Shown: positions 14,013 to 27,910, numbered from the whole stretch's first letter. The stretch is 53,326 bases of DNA, filler included, from Bipalium vagum (GCA_037834085.1; 3 parts of 3 records of this genome joined end to end with filler, not necessarily neighbours in it), one strand, 5' to 3'. Program-made: numbers and translations. Notes: a model not told the origin generated them from the sequence alone.

Positions 14013-15451
14013 TATTTAGTGTTTAATAGTTAGTGTATAAATAATATTAAAAGTTTATTTCTTTATTAATGTAAATAAATTAAGAAATAAAAAAGTTCAA
14101 CTGAATGTTTTGTGATTAATTTTATAATTTAAACTAATATATATTACTGAATTTCTCTGAAAATCGACCTGGATCATTTCTACCCAGTTTTTATGAAAAA
14201 AATTAAAAACAACTTACTCAACATAAGATAGTTACTGATATCATCTTCACTGGCTCCTTCTCCCGAATCTGCACTGCAAATGTCCAAGTCGCTGGTAACA
14301 AGACATTGGTAACTTGCTTTTGGTATTGTGGTCGTCTAAAGTGAAAATTGACGATTTCATTATGAAATAACTATTTCTTAATTCGATTGTTAAACATTAT
14401 GCTTAAAGGAAAAAATTATTCTTTTGTCATAACTTATTACCCATCTCCTGGGATGTTTGGTCAAATTTATATTGCATATATAACCTAGTGTTTTAGTTTA
14501 GCAATTATTTCTGGAGACAATGTGAACTTTTTAGGGAATTCTAGCATATAAATTTAATGACCCCATGATCATTTGATACACAGTGATGCCACAGTTCTGA
14601 CTGCATATACATTTAGAGTTTATGGTTGAATGGTCTGACGGGTCCATTTTTCATTGTCGGCATTCTCATAAGCCATTTATTTCAGAGATGGCTTTGTGAA
14701 GTAAAGACAATATTTGTAACCGAAATAAGTAATTATTAATTTACTTTTAATATCGAGAAATATTATCCTTGATACGGCGAATAAAATTTTTAATTAATTC
14801 TAATTTAATTTCTTAATTATGAGAGAAAATTTCTGGTTTACAAGGTCTATGAAGATTGGTTCATTTTAATTTTACAAAATAATGAATATAATAAAGTAAT
14901 ATATGTATAAAGAGATTCACTTAAAACTTCTCAATAATTATTATTAAGGGTTTAATGTCTGAAATTTTATAATTCTATTTGTAATACTACTACTAAGAAG
15001 AAGAAGAAGGGGAATAGAAAAATATTTGTTATACAATTTACATTAATTTAATTAATTATTAATTAATTAATTATTATTTTTAATTAAATATATATTTTCT
15101 TTTCATTAAATATTCATACCAACTGCCATTTAACTTATGATCATGATAGACTCAGGTAAAAATTACAGCAGAGTAAGAGGATGATAATCCAGTCCCGTTT
15201 TAGTTTGGATATTTTTGTTGAAATATTTGCTGAAACTATCCTTGTATAAAACAAATGGAATCTTTTCCATAACCATTTTCTGTTTTTTGAATAGTCTACT
15301 TGTTGAAAGAGTACGTGATTTTAGTAATATTTTATTTAATATTTTTTCTAGAGTACATTAAAGGAACAATAAATCGATATGAAAAAGAATTAATTATTTA
15401 GTGAATTTTTGGTTGGATTTAGAAACGAGTTGAAGCTTAATGTTGAATATA

Positions 15452-16060
15452 CAGTGGCAAATATTCGTTTAGGCGCAGTACGAAAAAGATCATTTTTCTA
15501 TCATATATACAGGAAAAGTAATTGATATTTACTTTATCATAATTACCCTATAAATTAAATGGCGTACATAAAGAATATCTTGAGAATATTTTAAAATTAA
15601 AAAGAATAATTTGATAAAAGTAATTTTGTGATAAATTTGCCAAATATTCGTTTAAGCACAGTTTTGAAAAACAATAACATTATAATAATCCTAATTAATA
15701 TTAATTGGTTTAAACAATCAAAAGATATTCTATTTCAAATATGGTGCCTTTTTATTATTATTATTAAAATATTGAATTTTTTACCATTTTTTAGTTATTA
15801 GCCAGATCAAAGAGTACAGAGGAAAAAATAGAAATACATGTAAAATGATACAAAGAACAAAATATGTCAAATAAGAAGATTGCAGTAAAAATTGGAAGAA
15901 AACGTTATAAAAATAAAAGGGAATCAAAATCTGAGGATGCAACAGAAAAGTCAAATGAAATCAAAAGCTGTTAGGAACCATTTGGATAGCACTCAAATTA
16001 AACGAAATCTAGATCCCCTGGTCACTAAGGAGCATATCGCTCATCTATTGCGGTCATCAT
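15452..16060 (+). mobile_element. 5' part of a Tc1/Tc3-like element with an IR/DR-type end
   Basis: TA|CAGTGG start. 22-bp direct repeat CAAATATTCGTTTARGCRCAGT at 15458 and 15641. Downstream HTH remnant MSNKKIAVKIGR...STQIKRNL. Confidence 0.65.
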
Positions 16061-17583
16061 TGTAGTTTCCTCACAAAGCATTATATTTATTCCAGCTAGA
16101 GAAAATACTTTAATAATGGTATAAGGGGTTATGGTAAAATTTTGAAAATTTTTTAGATTAAATAGTTTTTATACTTTTGTCCAATAATAATGAAGATAAT
16201 TTTATAAAAAATCATGACAGTGGTATCCTTTGAAGGTAATGGAGAAGAATATTTAAATTGACTGTAGAAGATTTGAATGAAAAGATCGAAACATGGATCA
16301 CGATCGTATTATAAATAAAATTTTGTGTGTTCGAAAATGTTTTCTAAAAAGCGTGTATTTGAAAAGAAAAAGATTTTTGTTCACGATATTAAAAAATATA
16401 TATATATGTATACATAATATTAATAACTGTAATGAAATCTCCTCTCATTTCATCCAACGAAATCGTTCCCAATTGATGTATGAATATGTTTTACATTTTT
16501 ATGCATAAAATTCTATCATTGATTTGAATTTAGGAAGTCTTTATTTATTTATTTATTTCCGAATTTTGTATGTTGTCATAGCAATTATAAATGTTACAAA
16601 AATAATAATAATTATTATTATTACCAATAAAAATTTTCCATGAGCTTCATTGACATAAAATTAATAAATCATTTTCAGAATGTGACTTATTGAAAGGAGA
16701 AATGAACAATAATTTTTAAAGAAAAATAATGAAGAATATATTTCGACAAAAAAAACGATGTTACTAATTTGGAATTTTCTTTCTTTTTGTTGCTTGTCGA
16801 GACGTAACTAATTGACATTTTATTCGCGATATTTATTTGGAGATTAATTCTATCACAAGAAAATCTTAAAGTTACAATTGAAATCGACAGCTTCAATCAA
16901 AATTGAATTTCATTAGAATTTTTGGAAAAAATAATCATTTTAAATTGAATATTGAGGAATAAATTCGCGAATATCGAAAAATGTTCCTTTCTAAAAATCC
17001 CTGCTGCCTGTTGCAGATTTATTTGCGTTCTTCCTGGTGGCAGAAATGTTAAATATTTCCAATAATTATTAACATTTATACTTTTTATTGTAATTATTTT
17101 AATTTGTAATTATTGTCATTTTTTCTCATTGTAATTATCTAATTACGTCGATTCTGTTATTTATGAATTTTTTAAAATATTTTGTTCAATCTCAGAAAAT
17201 CGAATTGAAAAAATATTTTAATTTTTTAAAATAAAAATTCAAATATATCTTTTTAATATTTTTGTATTTTAATGATTATATTTTTCATATATTTCAATAT
17301 TTCACAATATAAAGCAATTAAAAACGGTGAACGTGGATAAGTACAACATGATAAATATATAAATAAATAAATTTATTTATTTATTTGTTTATTTTCATTT
17401 TTATATATTTATTTATACTTTATTTATATTTATGTATTTATTTATAAATCATTTTTTATTTAATAAATTGTATTTAATTATATTAAATTGTATAAAATTA
17501 AATCATATTAAATTATTATATTGAATTAAGTTATATTATTCAATTATTATCATTCTATTTTCATTTAAATAATTTGTTAAATC

Positions 17584-18180
17584 ACCGGTTAAAGTAATAA
17601 TATGGTCATATTTATGAAAGAGTCTATTCTCGTTGTTTTTAATTTTAAAAAAATTTTCAATTCATAAAAAATTTGTTATTTGTTTGAAACATTTGTTTAT
17701 ATTTTGTTTATATTTGGTAATCTTCTTTATAAAATAATTTGTAAGATTTATTGATTTTTTTAGATTTTATATTTGTTAACAATGCATAAAAAGTCGAACA
17801 GCATGAAAACCTCTTGAACTTTTCAGACAAAAACAATAGTTCTGGTATTAAAAAAAAGATGTTGCGCGATTGGAAAAAGCAGGAGAATAGGATATGTGAA
17901 GTGGTAAATTTGTCGGAAGAGTTTCTGAATACCAGGCTAAAAGACTTACTCGTAAATGTGGAAAACTTGAAATTATTTGATGTCCATGTGTTTCTACATA
18001 AAATATAAAATGAAATAGTTATTAACATACTGAAATGAAGCTTGTTTTCAACTTTAATTTTCGATGTTCCTTGTTATTGGAGACCGAGTCTATTTTTGGG
18101 GGGTTATATTTTAAAATTTTTTTAACGTTAGAAAAATCCTGTTTTAAAATAAACCCGGTATCATTTTCGAAGAAAACCGG
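17584..18180 (+). mobile_element. pogo/Tigger-like remnant
   Basis: GIKKKMLRDWKKQENRI resembles the HTH_psq-type N-terminus. The right end CCCGGTATCATTTTCGAAGAAAACCGG|TA resembles pogo-type TIRs. The left boundary is uncertain. Confidence 0.5.
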
Positions 18181-18479
18181 TAATGATATCATAGTATATT
18201 CTATTAAAAACTTGTAAAAAATATGGTGTACATTTCTGTTCTGTATGGGAAAGGTCTAATAGCAAATTAGTTATGTTACAGTTAATAATTTTTGTTCACA
18301 TTTATTCTGAGATTTAATTAACAGAAATAACCATCTTGGTATAATTGATCTGGAAAATTAGTGGTGAAGTTTTCTAAAGATTCCTAATGATTTTGAACAC
18401 TATATCCAATGTAATAAATGATAAATAATAAATAAAGAAAGAAAAGTAATTATGGAAAGGTAAATATTTTTGAAGTTCG

Positions 18480-18965
18480 GAACGGTTAATCTGTTTTTAG
18501 GGCTATAATTGTACCAATACCAGAAATTATAATGGTTAATCTCTCCAGTTAACTTACTTTTGTTTAACTCTAAAATCTTGTTATCCAAGGAAAAAATCCT
18601 ATCATAAACGTCTTCACTGTCCTTAATTACAGCGTTTTGCTCACATAAGTGGAAACAGAATCCTCAGATTATATTGTAGTATCTGCTACTGCCATATCTA
18701 TTCTGTGAGCATCTTTTCGAATCAACAACTTTCTTGATTTTTCAACCATTTCTTAAAATTTTGGAATATTTTCATGTGTTAAGACTGAACGACATCGATA
18801 GGATTTTATTTTTCCATGCTTACTCTCAGTTTTCTTAAACTTTCCAGCTTTTTTCAGTGTTTCCCTAGTTGGCTGTGCAGTGAAAACCTTGATTCTACTA
18901 CCTAGTCACTTTCTGAAAATATTTTAATTTAACATTTCATAAATTAATTTGATTTTTTCTTCCAT
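18480..18965 (-). mobile_element. rosa/maT-like (DD41D/DD37D-type) transposase N-terminal remnant
   Basis: Minus-strand PTRETL..KFKKTES.. and LTGEINHYNFWYWYNYSP resemble the family motif L.G.VN..N.RYW...NP. Confidence 0.55.
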
Positions 18966-19056
18966 ATTTTAAAATTATAAAACACATAATAATAAAAAGT
19001 CAACCTCATGAACAATCGCGATACTCGAATTCAGTACCTTGTACTCATGCCTTTAT

Positions 19057-19156
19057 NNNNNNNNNNNNNNNNNNNNNNNNNNNNNNNNNNNNNNNNNNNN
19101 TTAATTAATTAANNNNNNNNNNNNNNNNNNNNNNNNNNNNNNNNNNNNNNNNNNNN
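19057..19156. other. Assembly gap with artificial linker
   Basis: 44 N + TTAATTAATTAA + 44 N = 100 nt. The linker puts stops in all six frames. Confidence 0.97.
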
Positions 19157-19314
19157 TTATTAATTTCATAGATAAATGAAATTTCAGCTAAAACAATTGA
19201 ATGTATGATGAATTAAAATTATTACGAGAGGGTACTTTCAGTGTACGAGTCGTGAAATTATCATAGTTTACCACTAATAATCAAAACTTATTGTACATAG
19301 ACCATTCTTATGTA

Positions 19315-19840
19315 CATTCAAACATGGTCAATATGAAACTCGTTGAATATGAACACACAATTTTAAAATGTGCAGATTTATTTCCATGTTTTTATATTAA
19401 TCAACAACTTGATGAGTTCTTATTTGAAAAACAAAAGAATAACGATTACGATGAAGTAGAAAAAAGTAATGAAGAATGTGTTGCCAACTTGGAAACTACA
19501 TGTGTGAATGGATACGAAACCTTTCAATGTGTACAAAACCTTCAAAATTATTTTCAAATTAATCTTCCAGAAAATTTAAAAAATACGGGAGTTAATGATA
19601 TTCAAGGCGACAAAGAAAATCGACAAATGAAAATTGCAGACTTCATTACTTGTCAAAGAAATGAAAATTAAATCAAAGATAACATTTTATAAGTGAAACG
19701 TCTTCATTTTGATATTTTATGAATTTAATATGAATTTTAGTAGTGTGAGAGTTACGTAATGTTTGTTCACATTGTTTTTTCTCATTATGAACACGTGGAA
19801 AAATCCGAAAGTTTGTGTTCATATTGACTATATTTGACTG
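19315..19840 (+). mobile_element. Non-autonomous Tigger/pogo element retaining only the transposase C-terminus
   Basis: TA-flanked inverted ends CATTCAAACATGGTCAATATGAA / CAGTCAAATATAGTCAATATGAA. The ORF ends in RQMKIADFI, like the Tigger KQxKITDFF terminus. Confidence 0.75.
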
Positions 19841-20599
19841 TACCTCATAATCTACTGCTAAGAGAAATAACCAAATGATTTTCTTAATGAATTGAACTAG
19901 TTTCAGTGGTAACAATAAGAATAAGCAACAGTTTTAGACCCTTTCTCAGATAATGAACGAATTCCATGGCAGAAATATAAGGGAAGAGCAATCATTAAAA
20001 TATAGCTGAGCAATAATGCTTCCGGCAAATGCTATTTTGTTGGTAAAAACTGCATGAAAACATCAAGGTATTTTAATCAATTTAAAAGACTGTTAGATCT
20101 TACTCTTTACATGTATTTTCAAATATTACCTCAGTTGTTTTCGTTTATAATTAAACAAAAGGGGTACTGGACATGAATCGATTACAAATGATATTCTTAA
20201 TTTAATATACCAAAAAGTTTCTCTTACGTTTTTCTTCGTTTTATCAATTCTGAACCGTTCTAAACAATAAATGATTTTGCTATTTCTAAAAAGATGTCAA
20301 TTTAAATAAAGACACTTCCATCTAAGAACAATTGAATTCTTCTGGGAGAAAAGCTTTCTGAGGACCTAATGTGACTCAATCAGAAAGAATTGGTAAATCT
20401 CCCCATGACATGGTCTCTTACAGGAATCCAAGAATCTTCAAAAATCGGGTAGACATTCAGGCAAAAATACAGGAAAGAAAATAACGGAAGACCGCTAATC
20501 TTTGCCAAAGAGAAATATATTACCAGGTTCAGCAACTGATAAGACTGTCGCCTATGATATCACTTTAACTATTTTCGAAAGTCGTCTCGCGATTTTCGC

Positions 20600-21110
20600 T
20601 GTAACAATTTTCGTTTATAATTGTAACACAGTACACATTTTTCGGATATTTAATAACGGAAAATAAAACCACGTTTTTCATGTGTATATATTGAGTTACA
20701 AATAACAGGTGAGAAGTAAAACAAGGGACAATATTCAAATGTTCGCCATTTCTATATCACTCGCTTTCCGGTCTAGACTCATTTTTCAGAAACTTTCCTT
20801 TATAAGTTTTATTAAGAAATTCATCTCCAAAGATTTAAAATATTTATTATATATGTCGAAGATGATCGCAAACGGTGGTATTGTCAACCACAAATATTTT
20901 TGAATGAGTTATTTGAAAGAATCGATTGAAATGACCTGTCTCCAGAACGGAAATGAATGTATCAATATTGAATATCTCGTTTGATAATTGAATCTTTGCC
21001 ACACGCTTAGTAAATGTTGCATGTAGCCTTTGATGGATTTCTTTTTAATTTAAATTCATATAAGAGACGTGTTTGAATTTGGACGTTGTCCAAATATAGA
21101 GATTTTTATA
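20600..21110 (-). mobile_element. Mariner N-terminal remnant
   Basis: Minus strand IQTRLLYEFKLKRNPSKATCNIY*ACGKD...FRSGD...VDNTTVCDHL. Confidence 0.7.
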
Positions 21111-22859
21111 TTATTCAAACAAACCTAAAACAATAAAGTAAATTTTTATTTCAATAGAAATTTTTATTTCCTAATCCAAATAAAATCAATAATTATAAAA
21201 ATATTAATCGAAATTTTAATATATTTTTGCTTTATTCTTCATAATTCTATTTTTTTAAAAAATCACTTTTACGATACGAAAATAATATCATTTATATAAT
21301 AAAATGTTTATTAAAAGTTTTCATAAACATTTTCAAATTAAAATAAATATTTAATTTCCAACTAATTATTTTATTTTAAAAATTTATACAATTATTTTTA
21401 CCTAATGAAATATTTGAAAACATTTTAAAATTGAGAAATAAAACCGATTAAATTTTGGCCATCTGCCAGCTTATTAAATGTATAAACAATAATCTAAATT
21501 CAGTTCCCAATTGTTTTATTTGTTTTATTGCGTTGCATGTTTCACTAAAGATTAATTTTATTAATAATTTTTGTTTTAAATAAATTCTTTTTCCACGTCA
21601 TACTGTTACAGAAATCGATACTCTGGCAAATTCACAAGTTACAGAAAGAAATTTATATAAAGATGTTAACTTTACAACTAGGATTTCATGGTAATAATAA
21701 AAAACAAAAAATAAAATAATAAAAAATGGCTTCCATGTGAAAATGAATATTTATGAAAAAATAAAGAAAATCTGAACAGAGAGCCATAAAATCTACTTGT
21801 CAAAATAAGTCGTGGTTTATGAATCAAAACTGACAGATGGCCATAGATACACGTCTTCTATTATTTATATTATTGGATCTATTATAATGGATTTTATTGG
21901 ATCACTGCTCGACAAAATTTTTTAATTTTAAGACTTTTGTTCTAATTAAATTGATTTATGAATTTCGGTATCCATTTTCGTTAGGATTAAATCATGAATT
22001 GATCAATTATGAAATAAGATAAAATTTTCTTTTTATTCAATGAAGGAATTTATGGAAAGATTTCTAAAATATTTCTTTAGTCTCAGCTAAGTAATTTGTA
22101 GTAATATATTTAGAATTAACATCTACGACCAAGGCATACATAAATTGCTAATCTGTAAGATTACAAGAGAAAATTTGTTATTTTTAATCCGTTATTGATG
22201 AAGCAAATTAAAATAAAATAATTATAAATTTTTAAAAAATCAATTTTTGTTTTAATGAATAAAAATATTGCTATTCATTTATATGAAAGAAAATAAAATA
22301 AAAATAAATGAAAACTATATTTATTGATATCAATATCAGGACCACTGAGTAAACTTCATTATTATTTAATATTTAATAAAAAAATATTTCTCTCATGTGT
22401 ATATATATATTTATAAAATTTTATAATATCATCACATTTTAAAAAATATTATTTTCCATTACTTTATTGAGTTCATTTTCAAAAAATAAAAAACTTCTTT
22501 AGAATTTCTTTAAAAATTCTTATCATGTAATTTACATTGCAAAAAGTTATAAAATATTTCAATAAGAAAAAAAAATTATTATTATTATTATTATTATAAA
22601 TGTATAATAAATATTATTAACTTTAGTTTTTTCTTCTTAATTATTTTATCAAAAAATTCCGGTTATTTATTCACCCACCTAATAAAAATAAACTTTCAGT
22701 TATAAGAACCGCGTTAATTGATGCATAGTTTAATATTAAAATAGATAAATGATAGGATATCTTCTTTATCTTCAAAAAATTATTAATGATCTTAGAGATC
22801 AGAACGGTAACCAGATCATACAGTTCAAGTTAAACAAGAAAGTAGAAATTATAAATTTT

Positions 22860-23846
22860 GGTTTCAAGTAAATTCTCATTTTTTGTTAATTTGAAAAGAC
22901 ATTCTTTCTCAAAGTAAAAACATTATCCTATAAATCGTAAAAGTTTTCCTTTGAATAAAAATTTTTTTATAACTAAAATAAAATATTAAACAATTGTTTT
23001 CTTAAATATCAGGTGGAACTAACGTGAAGTAAGGCTATAATTTTCATCTGTATAATGAACTTTTAAGGGCAATCATTTTCTTTGCATTGCTGTGGAACCG
23101 AACCATTTTTTGTTGAACTCATCTTTAAATATACAAACAGTGGATTGCTGCTTACTTTTATTACAACTAAATTCACGTTACATCAATGGTTAAAATGTTG
23201 TAAATTTAATTTGAATGACCTATGTTAAATATTGGATCATTTTGATACCATTTAACACGATATTCTTTTATAGAAGATGTCGAATGGTGTGGGATTAAAC
23301 AACTACAAAGCTTCCGTACTTTCAGATGATCCAGGAAAATGGTTTTAATTGGTTTCATGTCAATACCAACATATGCCTCAAATTCACGGTATGTGATATG
23401 TAGATCTCTTTCAATCATTTCACGCTCATCAGAAATATTAGTGACTACAACTGACTTTGATGGACTACCCTCACAAAATTTTCCTTAAAAATAGTGCGTT
23501 CACGTTGTAATTCTCCGACTAATTTGTTAACGCAACTCTTTGGTGGTGATTCATTCCGAAATGTTAAATGAAATAGATTTAGACATTGTTTCTATGTTCA
23601 GGCAACATTTTAAATCATAATAAATCATTGGACGATAATTTTCATAAATTAGTTCTTACTCATATTTTAAATGTTTTCCTATTTAAAACAAATCATTATT
23701 TCAAATGTATAATTATTTAAATCAATTCATTATCTTAAATTATTCAAATGATTTTTTGGTAATTCAATATCGAATTTTATGATTATGTCAGTTATTAAAA
23801 GCGCCTAATAAAATTCCAGATTTCACAATCTTTCCAGCACCCCAGG
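22860..23846 (-). mobile_element. Degenerate mariner
   Basis: ORF 23206..23418 reads IERDLHITYREFEAYVGI...DHLKVRKLCSCLIPHH. A TA-flanked TIR-like end CCTGGGGTGCTGGAAAG lies at 23846. Confidence 0.8.
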
Positions 23847-25239
23847 TACAATATAGATTAATTTTTAAAATATTTAGAATTTCAACTAATTTAAATAATT
23901 AACCAATTCTTTAATTTTTATATTTTAAATGTTTGAAAAATTTCACATTTATTCAAAAGAGTAAATTGGGAAAAAATATCAGGTTAAAATAATTCGACGA
24001 GGAATAACGATGAATAAAACAATAATTAATAATTAATCTGCGCTAAGAGAGTTCTGATTTCATATTAATTGTATTTATTTTGGTGTCAAATTTCTGTACA
24101 TAATAAATAAGAGCTGTGGTCGGATTGAGTTTTGCCTCTAATTTTTAGAATTTATTTACAAATCCATGTGAGAATCAATGATAATCAAATACATTTATGA
24201 AGCCTGGATTCCCTAATCTACAATGAAATGAAAGTCATACTTATTAATGGAGAATCAATTATAGATATCTTTTCCGGAACTCCGAAGACTTACTCTATCC
24301 ATTACACATCGTCCCCATGTTGGTGACAAAGTAAATAGGGTGAAAATTGGTTCTAATAATTAGAAGCATAATTCTCAATTGTGCGAATTTTATTCAGTCA
24401 ATAAAAGTATTGAATTACACTGTTAAAAAAGCGAATTATTTTATTCCAATGATGATAATTGTCCATCATTTTCTCAAATATCATAAGCTGACCCGGTGAA
24501 TTATTATTATTGGGATTGGGAAAATTTGACACTGACAAACAATGAGAAGAGGCAAACTTTTTATTTTAATGTTTAATTTTACTTTTAAAAAATATGATCA
24601 GTTCAATAAAAATTTTTCTGTTACTGGTGACATTTCTCAGAAATGCCTAGTTCTAGTTCACTGAACCATAACTGGTGGCCTGATCTGAGAACATATCCGT
24701 GGTGAGTTTTCCTGTCTTGCTTTCGTTGCACAAAATAGTTCATGTCTCATCTGCTTTGCCGTTGTCAATATCAACAAAAGTGTTATGATATAATTTTATT
24801 TATTATCTCAAGCGATTTCTTCACTTTTATGCCCTGACTGAATAATAATAATTATTAATAATTTTAATTATGAAAATTGTTTTTGTTTATTTTAAAATGC
24901 TTTACATTTTTACCGGATGAATTAGTTTTTTTTTCGAAGAATTTTTAAAATAATAATTTTATTATTATAGAAAAATGATTTTTTTTAATATTAGAAAAAT
25001 TTAATTAATTGTGATAAATCGAAAATCTCGGCTTTCCTTCTTCATTAAAATGGATGTAATAAAAAATTCCGTATATTTTATCTTTTGACTTTTATTTGGT
25101 TTTTATTAAAAAAAACTATTTAGTTTCTGAACTCTTTTTCCGATAATTGCAAAGGAAGATTAATTTATTTTTCCCAATTTAACTTCATTCTGATTGGGGA
25201 AATATATTGTTTTAATCAGCTTCATTTATTTAATGTAAT

Positions 25240-26155
25240 ACAATTATTTCCTTGTTCAAATACGACTTCTCCCTATTCCGATCGATGTCAGCTTACATAT
25301 AAATATTTGTAAAAAATTCCCATTGTAAATGTTAAATTTTATTGTATTAAAATGGTATTGGTGAAACGTTTTATTTTATTGTAAAGAATGAAGCGGAAAT
25401 GTCGCCTGGTTCTACATTTTGTAACGAAAATACTGCATCTCACAGAATTTGTAGAATGTGGTTTTATCGGCGTAAACATGGGGGTTTCCAAACAAATAAA
25501 AAAAAGATGTAACCAGCAAAAATTGAGATATAAACTTTTCAAAACATTGAAGATTCGTGCTGTCCTCCTATTGTGTTTCTGCACATCTGAAAGTAATTGT
25601 GGAATGGTCTGTAAATAATGACATTGGGTCTTTGCGATATAATGAAAGAAAAACTGAATCTCAAAAGATAATTATTAATTATCCCTTGGAAAGCAAAAAA
25701 TTAATTTTTTTGTACTTATACCATATATTAAAAATGAACTCGTTACAATAATCCAAACTGAAAAATGTGTTTGGTTAAGGCAAGTGAACCGTTTCATCAA
25801 AACTTGTACCATAGACAAATTTTGGTTGTCACTAGATGACGTTTTACTTACAGGTTTGTCCAGTACTGAACTCGTTTTTTAAAAATTTATTAAATAAACT
25901 TCGTATGACGTTAACATTTGGAGGTGCTCTTTACATAATCAATCTCAATTGCCAACTTCGCGGAATTAAATTTCGTTTAACATAAACTGATTTGAACCCT
26001 TTTGTCCAGTGTCAAAACTGTTTGAAAATTATCAAGTAATTAAAAGTAAAATTTAAAATTAAAACCATGCAAAAATCGTTTAATCAATATCAACTGATTG
26101 ATCGTTGATTTTCTTTTGATAATTAAAATAGCGAAGGGACTTTACACTCACCCTG
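25240..26155 (-). mobile_element. rosa/maT-like (CAGGGTG-TIR) element remnant
   Basis: The end reads TA|CAGGGTGAGTGTAAAGTCCC on the minus strand. Remnants PNVNVIRSLFNKFLK..SVLDKP, FFYLFG..VYADK and G..VFEQ. Confidence 0.65.
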
Positions 26156-27499
26156 TATAATCGTGATACTTTCTAACACATGTAGTCTTCATGAAATTGT
26201 AAATTAAATGAACATTATCTTTTGTCATGTAGCATTCTTTAAATAATTCTTTATTAATAATTTTGTAAACAAACGATTTCAATGTAAATAAACAATAACA
26301 AACAATGTAAATAAGCAATAAATAACCAACGACAGAATTTATTAATATTTTTCAATATTAATGCTTCTTTTTTTTTCCACATTTTTTTTCACATTTTTAG
26401 TTCTGGTCATTCCATGTAGACCTAACAGTGTCAGGGTGCAAGAAACAGGAATGTATTGACCATAATTTTCAACTGTATTATATTTTTTGTGGCCTGTTCA
26501 TTCCCATTTAATATATATAATTAAATTGCTATTATTAGATGAAAATATTATTTATTTAAAATATTTTTGAGTCAAAGGAAATACAATTCCTCCTGTAGAG
26601 ATTGAGAATAATAAAGAGAAAGTAAAATTCTAAAATAAAACATTTCATAGGATTTTGACAAAAGGGAAAAATAGATTTCAGTGTGATCTGGATTATTAAA
26701 GATTAAAAACTGTAAAAATAATTAGTAAATTAATTGAGATTCAGTATAATCATCTGTACATAGTTTTCTTAACCGGGAAAAGATTAATTTCTTTTAATTT
26801 TACCTATCACTTTTACGGAAACTTCTTCACTTTGTCCAAGATTATTTTTCTATTATCTTCTATCATCATTCATCCCCATTGTTTTGGGGAATCAATTTTC
26901 ATTCTTTCACATATGGCTTATCAATAACAATTTAATGACCAATTCGTAATAATAAAAAAACCGACTCTGAGATATCTAAAATAATCAATAAAAATAATTT
27001 ATTTTTTATAAGTTCACCTTAAAAAAATGAGTGGTATAATTTTTATTGATGGAATCATAAATGAAAGAGAAAAGGTTGAGAAAACACCAATAATAAATTA
27101 AAGCTCGGTATTTATTCATTTTCTAATTAATGGATCTGCTAATCTTCGTTCACCTTTGAACATTTAGCGACGTAATGAGAACTCATTATGTCGCCATAGT
27201 TAATGATCTGTAGAGAAAGCTCAAAATCGTTTTATAAATCTTCTCTTTGATCCAACTCAAGTTTTAAAGAGCGAATACATAACAAATGAACTCAATTCCA
27301 TACTATTGCTTTTGTATCATAATCTGTGGTTGGATTAATTTCAGAGTAATTTATGAATTAATTGGACTGGTTAACCATAAAAACTCGATACCAGCTGACA
27401 AGCTCTGGAGTAGTCGTATTTTGATTTCATAACTTTTATCTAAAAGCTTAAGGGGAATTTAACATAAATTTCGCCCGGGTTGTGTGTCCTTTTCCAAAA

Positions 27500-27910
27500 G
27501 TCTAAAAATGATAAGTTACAATTTCTCCAAGATAACCAAGCCATTCACACTGCGCATTTTTCTGAGTCTTTCTCATTAAAGTATTGAAATTGATTTATCT
27601 GACTTCTTCCTACACCTTCTACATCTGAAGAAACTTTAAAGTTGTAAAATGGACAACCAACGTAGGTGGAAATTGTCATAATGATTCATCCGCAAGACTT
27701 CTTCAGTTATCAGTTTTGATAAACTGGTCCAACGTTGGGATAAGTACTTCAACGGCATTTTCGGTATATCAAGAATTGATAATTGATATTATATAATAAA
27801 CTGATTCGTACTTTGTGTTAGAGTGCAGTGATATTTGGAGATGTTATCTTTCTTATTCTCACTACGTATTGTGCGTAAAAAACAAAGTCTCGGTAATTTG
27901 ACTTTTCCAA
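27500..27910 (+). mobile_element. Mariner 3' remnant
   Basis: FLQDNQAIHTA, DLSDFFL and PQDFF..DKLVQRWDKYFNG. Confidence 0.6.

Noticed and set aside
19101-19112. Palindromic TTAATTAATTAA repeated at 35082
   Set aside because: It is centred in identical 44N+12+44N blocks, so it is a scaffolding linker with six-frame stops, not biological sequence.
19291-19671. 126-aa ORF as a novel host gene
   Set aside because: It lies almost entirely between Tigger-like TIRs, ends in a Tigger C-terminal motif and has a non-ATG start.
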